64,000 nt of DNA from Balanoglossus misakiensis (taxonomy: Eukaryota > Animalia > Hemichordata): assembly GCA_040954595.2 (NCBI GenBank), contig CM082583.2:404542-468541 (forward strand), read 5' to 3'. The notes under the pieces were generated by a model that saw only the letters and a list, made by a program, of their open reading frames with translations, had not been told where the DNA came from and searched no databases. The position numbers and the translations under genes are program-made. Below, piece by piece: positions 1 to 9,765 of the stretch (the first letter of the stretch is position 1; each line of letters starts with the position of its first letter).

Positions 1-899
1 GCCTCTATAGCTGCCACTTTTTGCATTATTTTCACAATTTATTTTACTGAGGTATATGTGAACACTTTACCGATGCCCGATTATGGCTGTATGTAGCGAT
101 TTGAAAATGCTATGTATTAAAACAGTTTAATCAGCCTCCATACAAACAGTACGCAGCTATCGTGGTATGCATCACCAAGAGATGACAAACTGATGCAAAT
201 GCAAGTAATATGGCTTAATGGTGAGGATTTTAGAGGATAGGGAATATATTTGAAGTGTTTTACTGTGGAAGAAAATCCGTGAAATTTGGCAGCTCTAGGG
301 GCTTTAAGCGGTTACCATCGACGCCAAGAAATGCTGAAAATCGCCCCTGATTTGCGTCTCTCTGGGGAATTTACGCCATAAATCGGTAGGATACATATTC
401 ATGGTGGAATTTGTATGCATTGTGAAGGATTTTGTGGTCGAAAACTTCGGAAAATCATGCATTCTCGGGAGCGTGTGTCCGCGTGTTGCCTCCTTCAGAG
501 TCAATTACACAATGAACGCCGCCATTTGGCTACCCCTATTTATAGGGGTATAAATAAGGGTAGCAACAACAATCCTGGATATAACAACAGGATATAACAA
601 CAGGTGAAACAAACTGAACGCAGTTGTTGATAACATGCAGATTGAGCTGTCTCAAATCTTAGGGAGCATTCGTTTTTTACAGGGAGGGGGGGGGGGCGGT
701 GAAATTTGAGTCGCCGACTAAATGTAAAAGGCACCCCCCCCCCCTCGAAATTACTTTTCTAAAATGTGCCCCCCCCCTAAATTCTTTAATTGTAAAATGT
801 GACCCCCCCCAAAAAAAAGTTTATCCACCGGATTAAACTTATCAAACTTTGTCAGATATTGGTGTATGTTCGACATACCACATAATCAGCCATGAAACC

Positions 900-1930
900 T
901 AGTCTAAATAGTTCCTTGATTTCCAAGTAGTGCATTGTCTGCCTGATCTTGTTAGGCTGCATTCACAAACGCCTCTGGAGGGGGGGGGGACGGGAGAATT
1001 CAATTTTTTTACCGCTAATTTTCAAATCCCCCCTTCCGAACTGCCAAAATTTTGAAATCCCCCCCCCACCCATTTTCTTTCACAGAGCAAAACACATCAC
1101 CTATCTATCTTGTAGAAAAAAGAAAAAACAGCGCTCCCATGAAAAGAATTTGAAACTGATGTACCCCCTCACTGAACATTGTTTTTATTTTTAAGCATTT
1201 GTATTCTGTGTTGGGAGACATTGTAAACCGAGAATTGAAGGGAGTGGGATTGGGAGGGGGTATCCCCCTCCCACGTAAGAAAATTTTATAAAATACAGAG
1301 CTCAAAGCTGCATTTTAATGAACCCGGCAAAAGCAAATTAACTCAACTACCGGTATGTTGGGGAGGAGAAATTTAACCGTCGCCGCTCAAAGTTATCATG
1401 GGGTGGGGCAAATCCCCTGACCTGGGACACTAGATAAACCAGTCAATGATTGAAAGGTGCTGATGAATGGAGGGGGTGGGTAAAATAAAGGGCGCGAAAC
1501 TGCATTTTTATGGACTCAAAATAAATATTTTGTCGTCAAAGTTTTCAAGTCCCCCCCTTTCAGTCCCTAAATTATTTCAAATCCCCCCTTACATACCCTC
1601 AATTTTTTCAACCCCCCCCCTCAATTCTCCTGCCCCCCCCTCCAGAGGTGTTTGTGAATGCAGCCTTACGTGAAAGAGTTCACTTTCAATGTCGCCGCTA
1701 TCACTTTCTGAGTCACTTTCCTCTGAATCACCTAGTTCACCTATCACTTCATGCTCATCTTCTGGTTCACTGTCCTCATCCAAGTCATCCTCTTCATCCT
1801 CCTGCTCATCCTCCTCTTTGTCCCTCTCATGGTTTACTCTGAGACTTTCCAGAGTTGTTTGACACAGTTTCCGGCCAATGTGCGCTTCAACTATTTTCAG
1901 TTTGTCTTTTTTTCAGCATCTTTTTCTCTG
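900..1930 (-). pseudogene. Relic C-terminal coding segment (acidic tract + TRSGR tail) inside the outer transposon, split by the nested MITE
   Basis: The minus strand reads ..KLKIVEAHIGRKLCQTTLESLRVNHERDKEEDEQEDEEDDLDEDSEPED..DIESELFHV up to the MITE. With the MITE and one TTA removed it continues in frame as TRSGRQCTTWKSRNYLD-stop. Confidence 0.6.
955..1665. mobile_element. MITE nested in the outer element, TTA TSD
   Basis: TIR GGCTGCATTCACAAAC(G/A)CCTCTGGAGGGGGGG at both ends; TTA at 952-954 and 1666-1668. Confidence 0.92.
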
Positions 1931-4086
1931 TTGTCAATTTATGTATGTTCATGTACATGTCTAGGTCAGAAACTTTCAGCTCACATAGTTCACTGTTTCT
2001 GTATATTGCCATGATACAGCCTGAAAATGTTATTTTTGTGATCAAAAGTGTACTTGTTGTCACCTGATCACACAGAATAAAGACATGTTCGTATTCTATT
2101 TTATATACTTTACGGTCAATTCTGTTGTTTTTTGCTATAATTCCATACAAATCTGTTGTAAAAATTGTCCCCCCCTCAAACCATTGATTATAAAATTTGT
2201 CCCCCCCCCTAAAAACTGCTTTGTAAAAGTAAACCCCCCCTGATTTCCACCGGCCCCCCCCCCTCCCTGTAAAAAACGAATGCTCCCTTACCAATCAGAA
2301 ACAGCCTTCCAAGACTGCGTAGCGCTCTTGTAAAGTTATTTTTGATTGTTCAAATTCTTTACCATGTCACTGCTGGCATACAACAATTCATATGACCCAG
2401 CAACTTTGTATAGATGCACTGACATCAATGATATGCCTTCCAAAGCGCCACACATAGTGTAATTACACATGTTTCATGCTACTGACACGCTCTACCTTTT
2501 ACCAGGTTCATACACGAAAAAAATTGAGAGGCTATTTGCCTATGGTAAACACAGAGCATTAATCGTTTGAGTCGCCTTGTGTTCACACACACAAAGTTTA
2601 TGTATATGCGCTGAGGCTCAGTCCCAAAGACAATGGATTGCAGAGAGGTTTTAATCCTTACACCGGATCAGGTCTGACGGGCAAAGCCGTCTCAAATCTA
2701 AGCCGTTTCAGAACCACTATACACCGTCCACACATGTTTTTTTAAGACAGTATGTGATCTGAGACGTTTCAGAACCGTCTTAATGGTGTGTGTGACCCCC
2801 ATATTAGACAACTTAGACAATATTATCCGAAAATAAATATTAGACAAAATCATCCGATAATAAATATTAGCTCAGTCTATGTCCTGGCGCATTTCATCAG
2901 GACAATAAAATACATAACAAAAGCCCTCACTACGCACCCACTCGACTTTTTGCCGGTAAAGCAACTTTTACATGCAGGAGAATTCCACTGGATGAAAATC
3001 TGTAACATTTAGCTTTATTTTCAGTATTTTAATTTTGTGTAAAAATTGCAATTTCTTGTTTTACTCCAAACATCACTTTAATATACATGTAGTACCAAAT
3101 ACTCAAATCATTAACATTGCCTGTGTATGTGTAACGGCCATTGTTATCACTGTTGACAAATGAATTCTAGTTCGGACATGAATTTAAATTTTACACAATA
3201 ATAATACTGAATATGCACATACATGAAGTGTTGATAAGCTAAACTCTGGATATTTTGTCATGTTTCTGGAGTTTATACTAGAAACCGCAGCAGATACACA
3301 GAGCAATATTACTGAAAACATAGTGAAAAGTTGGAGCTAATGGAGCAGACAGCGTATTGTTCAGTGCTTGCGTGCCTTTGACTAAGATTATTATTATGTA
3401 GATATCACCAACATGTTTTTCATGAATTTCTAGAAATATAGAAATAAATACACTTGACTTATTTTGTCATTTTTTCCTTGCAAACTCCATTGTCATTGAA
3501 TGTACGTACATGCGTAAACACACCACTGCTTTAAAACAAAAAGGTGATGGGTTTCGTATTTATTGCGTTGTATTCAATTGAACGGACATTTTTTTGGGTG
3601 GGGGCGGGGAGGTTCATTATTTCACAGCTTTCCCGAATAGACTTCTTAGTGCGCCCTCTTGTGGTGACATGTCTTCTGATAATCGGCCAGATAAAACAAA
3701 TCATTGAAGTGTACCATCACTCTCGTCACAAAGAAACAAAATCCGCCATCGTTCCCGTTTTTAGATAAACATTCACTGTTTCGCCCTTTGGTGAAACACG
3801 TTAGGAAAATGTATTTTGAGAATAGTATTTCCCTTTCGACATTGATACATTTTGTCAACTGATTGGACCGAGTAAATTGTTTGAAACGTAGGGCCCTATG
3901 GAGTGTTCGGATTTTAACTTCCTTCAGACCCAAGCCCCAGAGAGGAAGAAAAGCGCACGTTCTCATGTATGACACTATAATATACCTCATGCTAATACTG
4001 TGTTGCGATTCGCCAGAATCGGTCTCGTGATAGGAAAATAGAATCGACTATGAACCGCTAGGGAAATAGCAGAAAAAATATAAACC

Positions 4087-4154
4087 GGTCACGTGACCAG
4101 CGTGAGTGCGCAGACTCGGTTACGTCAATCAGCGTCGCGTCGTCTGACACAATG
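4087..4154 (+). promoter_or_regulatory. Possible housekeeping-type promoter motif cluster
   Basis: Palindromic E-box GGTCACGTGACC (4087-4098), TGCGCA and TTACGTCA in a CpG-rich patch, followed by ATG at 4152 (MATAEDVVCQPQEKIFPAVSM..) and a GT. No homology recognised. Confidence 0.3.
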
Positions 4155-4221
4155 GCCACCGCGGAAGATGTCGTCTGCCAACCTCAAGAGAAGATTTTCC
4201 CAGCTGTTAGCATGAGGTTTA

Positions 4222-4426
4222 TTATAAAACACCTATAGCCTGGCCTATATTCGGGCCATAGCAGCCGTTTTTACCCCCTCGTAACTGTGAGTTACCAGAA
4301 TCATATGCTATTTCCCTCGGCCTGCGGCCTCGGGAAATAGCATGTGATTCTGGTAACTCACAGCCCCTCGGGTGTAATAAACGGCCGCTATGGCCCTCAT
4401 GACAAGGCAATAGGTGTTCATTATAA
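4222..4426. repeat. ~205-bp palindromic (foldback) element
   Basis: Arms TTATAAAACACCTATAGCC..CTGTGAGTTACCAGAATCATATGCTATTTCCC and GGGAAATAGCATGTGATTCTGGTAACTCACAG..GGCAATAGGTGTTCATTATAA, centred on CGGCCTGCGGCCTCGG. Confidence 0.85.
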
Positions 4427-5339
4427 CACTGTCCACTTTTTATCACCCGTGGGAAGGTTAGGCCTACATCAGCCACGTTGAGCAAGTCGGATATCCAAAG
4501 ACCAGACAAGCCGCATATAACAACAGCATTGCTTTACTTTTTTCAAGCTAGGCCACCACCCTATATGCAGTAAAACAGGCATAGGCAGTAACATTCTCTA
4601 TCAATCGATTACTCAGATTTTACAGAGGAAAAAACGTTCACAAAAACAAATAAAAATCAACTTGAATTTGTATTTCCAACTTCTTGCACCACGCAAACAT
4701 AGCCCGACCCATATGAAAACGAAATGTGTTTATTTTCTGAGGCCCAATTATTTATGCCTAAATTGTTCATGATGTACGCTATAAGCTACAAGCGATGGAA
4801 GTTCACTTCAAACCGACCGCCATAATATGACGTACGGCAAGGAAATACCGCCCCAACGCTACGTAAAAAGTATCAGTTATACTAGTACTTTGTTTATTCA
4901 CAGTTTCGAGTACCACGGGTTTAACGGTTTTGGACAGCGTAATCTTTTCCGACTAGCTTCCAAATAAACTGATAAACTAAATCCAAGAGTTCGTGTCGAC
5001 CTGAAAATTTCCGGACCCGGTGAAGAAAAAAGATGGAAACTTTTTTAAGATAAAAAAGGTGGACTGCGGAGGTCTTTCACGAAACTTAGACTCTTATCAC
5101 AGGGCGCGGCTAGTGATATTTTGCGAAACAGTGAAACGGCGAAACAGCTTTAATAAAGTAGTCAGAAAAATTAATCTACTGACGTAATATTCCCTTGGAA
5201 TGCACGATTTTTGTGGGGGGGGGGGGGGATCGTGAAATTGCCGGGAATTGCCGGGATCGCCCACTTGAAACATCAGCATGGGTCGATTATGTTAGATCTC
5301 AATGTTAGTGTTCTAAACTCGCTGTGGTTTTCCTGGGCC

Positions 5340-5539
5340 CAGTGATTTATTCAGGGATTTGATACAAAAAGTTGTCGGTCAGCCATTTTTCTTCTTCTGC
5401 CTTTCTCTTACCCTTACTAAGCTTGAGTGTTCCGGTTAGAATCATATCGGTAAGAGAAAGACAGAAGAGCTGACATACAACAAACTTATTCAGTTTCTAT
5501 CATATAAATATTTCTCCACTTTCTCTGAATAAATCGCTG
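5340..5539. repeat. Degenerate palindromic MITE-like element
   Basis: CAGTGATTTATTCAGGGA pairs with TCTCTGAATAAATCGCTG; inner CTGCCTTTCTCTTACC pairs with GGTAAGAGAAAGACAG. Confidence 0.6.
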
Positions 5540-5932
5540 TGCTGGGACATGTTTTAAAAATCATGTAGGCCTACACTATTCATGCCAATAAACTGCTACA
5601 TATACATATTCCGTTCCGTCTGTTCCGCAAATTTATAGTGTAAGTCGCGCGCACACACGACTCTACCACTAGTAGCCTACCAAGTGACCAGTGCAACTAC
5701 TACACCAATCTCATAGAGGAAAATTCCAAAAATCAGAAATCTTTATTCCGGACAATTTCAACATTGTTCAGCAACTCAAGACAGCTTCCAAATCATACGT
5801 CAACTACGGAACATTTAGATCGGTTCAACCAGTATTTTATTCAGAAAATTGATGACATACGTCACCACAAGATCACCACCAGTCAACCATCACATGTTCG
5901 TTTTGGAGTGCCACAGGGTTCAGTTCTTGGCC

Positions 5933-6060
5933 CACTATGGTAATGCATTACTGTATGGTCTACCAGAAAGCAGTCGGAACCTTCTACAACGCACACAAAA
6001 TACAGCTGCAAGAATCATATCTCGGTCCAGGAAGTCTGCCAATATAACGCCAGTGTTTTT
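5933..6060 (+). mobile_element. L2/CR1-group LINE ORF2 fragment (post-RT region)
   Basis: Translates YGNALLYGLPESSRNLLQRTQNTAARIISRSRKSANITPV, matching the L2-type DYCN.LL.GLP..L.+LQ.+QN.AAR++..ITP motif. Confidence 0.8.
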
Positions 6061-6233
6061 AGTAGTTTTATAATTTTATTGGTATTTCAAAAATGTTGTC
6101 CTGTTTTTGTTTTTTTTTGTCTTGGAAGTCCACAAACAGAATTTATTACATTTTCTCAGTGTGAATCTCATTAGAACGACTTGAAAGTCCACAACAAAAC
6201 ATGTTTTTCCACTGAAATGAGCAGGGTCTAGCA

Positions 6234-6336
6234 TGGCTGTGGAAACGCGGCTGCACCGTTGGAGGTTGGGATATACTGTTGTACCACCCCCACCCATATC
6301 CTAACCCCCAATGGTGCAGCTGCGTTTACAAAGCTA
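6234..6336. mobile_element. 103-bp palindromic MITE with 9-bp TSD (Academ-like termini)
   Basis: Direct repeats GGTCTAGCA at 6225-6233 and 6337-6345. ~40-bp inverted arms (TGGCTGTGGAAACGCGGCTGCACCGTTGGAGGTTGGGATAT / ATATCCTAACCCCCAATGGTGCAGCTGCGTTTACAAAGCTA). T(A/G)G..CTA ends with a 9-bp TSD fit AcademH. Confidence 0.75.
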
Positions 6337-7409
6337 GGTCTAGCAGCCTACCTCCAGGTTCAGACAATATCTCCGACCTGAGGTGAAGCAGGTTACACAA
6401 TTTGCGCCACCAACGGCAGTTTCTGATTTCCACCAACTATTGATATATACTGGTATGAGTGCAACCAACTTGATTCAATTAGTCTGTTGCCGCCCCCCCC
6501 CCCACTTTTTGAACACTGTTGACAAAACACTCATGAAAGGGGTGAGGTATGGGCCCATAATGTGTTTTGCATTGCTGTGAATGGAATTTTGTATCGAATG
6601 ACATTGGCATTTATCCCCAAATCATTTACTATTTTGTCCATTGCCAACAGATGCCCGCGTTCACAGTTTTGAGAATTTTTACCTCCTGCAATATATATTT
6701 TGCCGAATTTGAGAGCAATCTCTGTTGCGAGGCAGTTGCATGAAACCTTCTCCCGTCTGAACTAGATGCCAATAAGAGAGGGTTTTTAGTCACAATGGTC
6801 ACTTCTGACAAAAGGTTCTATTTGTCTGGAAATGAGTTTACAGTAGCAATTCACTAAAATCTCAGTGAGCATAACTGCAGTTATAGAATTTTAACCAAGC
6901 GTATGTTTTCATATCAATGAAAAATACCAGAATGTAAAGGTCATGAGATGGTCACGAAAATGACATAATTGTTCAAGACTAGAGGATAGCAATGTAAAAA
7001 GACAATGCGCCATGGAGTATATTAGTAAGTAACTATTTATTTATTTAAAACAAACCAAGCTTAGTTTTACCAGTTTTAATTTGAGGAAACAAATATTTTG
7101 TAAAAAGATGAACAAATATTTTTCTGACATCACTATTGCCGACAAGCCTCTTGCTTTTCACATCCCTCCAGTTCCAATCCAAGATCACATAGCCAAGTGT
7201 GACAGGGCGATCAACGTATAGGCCTTAGTATCATTCTAAGAGGGTTAGCAGCTTTCATTATGATGGGGCATGTGATTCAGGTCCCCCCCCCATCTACCTT
7301 AGCTGAGCTTTGGATCGCTTCGCCAAAGTTTATATGACAAGGGTGTTAGACCATTCCTATAACATTAGGCTAGCTATATCGTTTATATGCCTTAATGAAT
7401 TAATTAATA

Positions 7410-7468
7410 TGACTGACTGACGAACTGACTGACTGACTGAATGAATGAACGAATCAATCAATCAATCA
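7410..7468 (+). repeat. Compound tetranucleotide microsatellite (GACT)n(GAAT)n(CAAT)n
   Basis: Seen directly. Confidence 0.85.
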
Positions 7469-7727
7469 CCCGACATGGCCTGGAAGGATTCACCCCCTGT
7501 TGAGATGTTGGCACCCCCTAGCAAATTGTCATGGGTGGGGTGGTCAGTGGCCCTTAAAATGATGTCACTCACATGATAGAGATATTAATTACATAACTCT
7601 TTTCCAGAGTGTGCTCTATTTACACTCTGCACTATATTCAGGTACATGTGTAATGATATTTCAATTACTTTTGGAATCACAGGACAGTAGAAAGGTTGAT
7701 TGAACAAAGGATTTGAAATTCACTCAC

Positions 7728-7796
7728 CATGTATTGGAACAGCTCTTACAGACATCACATCATCATTCAACGCTAAATCTTCGTAACTTTTACATA
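7728..7796 (-). CDS. ELAC2: ELAC2 (tRNase Z long form)-like internal exon, 69 bp, phase 1-1
   Basis: Acceptor ..ATTAACAG, donor GTGAGT. Peptide xCKSYEDLALNDDVMSVRAVPIH aligns without gaps to the recalled vertebrate ELAC2 segment [23 protein letters not shown]. Confidence 0.6.
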
Positions 7797-8649
7797 CTGT
7801 TAATATAAATATAATTACTTTTCTTTAAATATCATCCAAATATTACAATGTTTCTAGCAATTTCATAAACTGCATTAATATAATACTGTGTGTATGATAT
7901 ATACTAGTACTTTGTGGATAGGATACAGATCTTTGCTTATTACCAAGAATATAACACCATGTGTTTGGATTTTAAATGCAGTTCGGAGCTGACTGTGTTG
8001 CATTTTGACTGCAAAATTAAAATATTTAGTTACATTTCCTTGCATTTAGTGTTGAAAATGTCACTTTTAGCTTTAAAATGAGCACTGATATCTATGGAAA
8101 TAGGAGAATCGTGCTTTCTATTCTACAACAAACAATATTTACATTTAATCAAACAACAGGAGGATATTTGACAGTCAATCAATAAATATAACATACATAT
8201 GAGTTGCATGTACAAAACTAGACACATGTATGTATGTGATATTTAAAGACACATTAACTGTAACACATGCTCTACCCAGAACTCCACTTGTCAACATAAC
8301 CTGTATGTGTGTAACGGCTATTGAAATGAATTCTAGTCCAGACTTGACTTCAAATTTAGAATAACAATACTGACTAGACACACCTATATTTCATCATGAT
8401 TCAGGGATTTGAACAAGACACTGCAGTAAATACTTAAAACAAAAATACTGAAAACAAAGTGAAAAGTTACAGCTTATGAAGCTTGAAATATGTTCAGACA
8501 CAAGTAGAACAGGCAATGAAAACACATTATAAACATTGGGAAAAACACCCAAAGTTACATGTACTACCGGTATCTCTTTAGTGACAAAGATGCAACTAAA
8601 CTAGCATGTATTGTACAACCAATAGTGAAAAGAGTTGAAATGTACATAC

Positions 8650-8717
8650 CAATCTAGGTGGTCCATAGTAGGTCACTTTCTTTGCTGTGCCTATGTCTCT
8701 CAGTGTCAGTGTTAAAC
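8650..8717 (-). CDS. ELAC2: ELAC2 (tRNase Z long form)-like internal exon, 68 bp, phase 1-0
   Basis: Acceptor ..TTATGACAG, donor GTATGT. Peptide GLTLTLRDIGTAKKVTYYGPPRL resembles the recalled ELAC2 segment [22 protein letters not shown], and is collinear with the 7728-7796 exon. Confidence 0.7.
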
Positions 8718-8842
8718 CTGTCATAAGACAAACCAAATGATTTATATACATGAATATTCAAATGATGTATTCCTTGGCTGTATTGACAAACACACTGTCT
8801 ACATTCTTGAATACTAGTGTGTTACGTATTGACAGCCAAGAT

Positions 8843-9144
8843 TATACACATGATGACTGACAATGAGGGCAACATTGTATTTTTGATGATCGAGGGCGCT
8901 GCTAGTCACAACTAAAACAGACTGTTTTGGTGTGACTTGCAGTCCTGAGGTCATCAAAAATACACTGTTGCCCGAATATGTCAGTCATCATGTGTTGTAT
9001 AACACACCAAACACGTAATTATATCAAGACGGGGCAACAGTACTGGGCAGAAACCGATCGAACTGATGCCCTAGGGAACAGTTCGAAATGACTTAGGTCA
9101 CATGACGAATCACGATCGATGGTTCGCTGCATGGTGTGTTATAA
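8843..9144. repeat. Palindromic element with two adjacent foldback modules
   Basis: TTATACACATGATGACTGAC..GGGCAACATTGTATTTTTGATGA pairs with TCATCAAAAATACACTGTTGCCC..GTCAGTCATCATGTGTTGTATAA (8843-9002). A second pair TATAACACACCA / TGGTGTGTTATA spans 8998-9143. Confidence 0.8.
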
Positions 9145-9554
9145 ACTACTTTGTCACACTCCGGGCACGCTGGGAGTGTGGGATCAAAGTGTGTAAACAA
9201 ATCAATCCCACACACTCACTGAATCGAAGGCTGTATATGATGTGAGTGCTGATTGGTTGACAAAGTATTCTTTTGCTAACGCACACTAAATGTTATCCAA
9301 TGGCACGATGTGTAATATAGGGACAGAGACTAAAACATGCCAGATGAAAGTTTCAGAGAAATTTATTCAATGTTTTTAACGAATTTGGATAATTTGTGAC
9401 TGTGTGAGAAATAAGAGTTTGAGATTCTATTAGTCACATATATTTGTAATCAAATCTATGTCTGTTGCCATTTTATTAAACTTGGGTCATGGAAATATTA
9501 TAAAACAAGTAACAAATGTTTTATTTCAATTGTACATTGTAACAAGGGTGAATA

Positions 9555-9765
9555 TAATTTATTATCTTTTCTGGAATGCTATTCCACACTGTGGGACCAA
9601 CAAATTCGATTAAAGTCTGACCTAACCGATTGTTATATTTTGGAGGATGATAAATATTGTTATCTCTTGAATGACTGTGATAACCATGTTCTATTAGGAA
9701 GTGTGTCAGGAACGAAAATAGCAGCCTGTAATTTGAATTGACTGTATATGAGATTAAATTGGATA
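9555..9765 (-). mobile_element. CR1/Crack/L2-group LINE 3' coding relic
   Basis: The minus strand gives ..EHGYHSHSRDNNIYHPPKYNNRLGQTLIEFVGPTVWNSIPEKI (G..+WN.+P motif of the ORF2 C-terminus); frameshifted. Confidence 0.65.

Larger units (their letters stand above)
662..2287. mobile_element. Non-autonomous TIR DNA transposon (outer element) with TTA target-site duplication
   Basis: Left end GGGAGCATTCGTTTTTTACAGGGAGGGGG..GGTG is the reverse complement of right end CACCGGCCCC..CTCCCTGTAAAAAACGAATGCTCCC (~40 bp TIR). TTA at 659-661 and 2288-2290. A TTA/TAA TSD suggests PIF/Harbinger-like, but the superfamily is unverified. Confidence 0.9.

Noticed and set aside
528-564. Hairpin GCTACCCCTATTTATA-GGGG-TATAAATAAGGGTAGC as a terminator
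   Set aside because: Eukaryotic context with no associated gene; probably the end of an unclassified repeat whose other end I could not define.
2575-2800. Possible MITE bounded by TCACACACAC / GTGTGTGTGA
   Set aside because: The inverted match is short and low-complexity, with no clear TSD.
6629-6830. Possible further minus-strand exon (..LSNSAKYILQE/GTAAAA) as a continuation of ELAC2
   Set aside because: No resemblance to ELAC2 that I can recognise, and a stop follows the best acceptor in the required phase.
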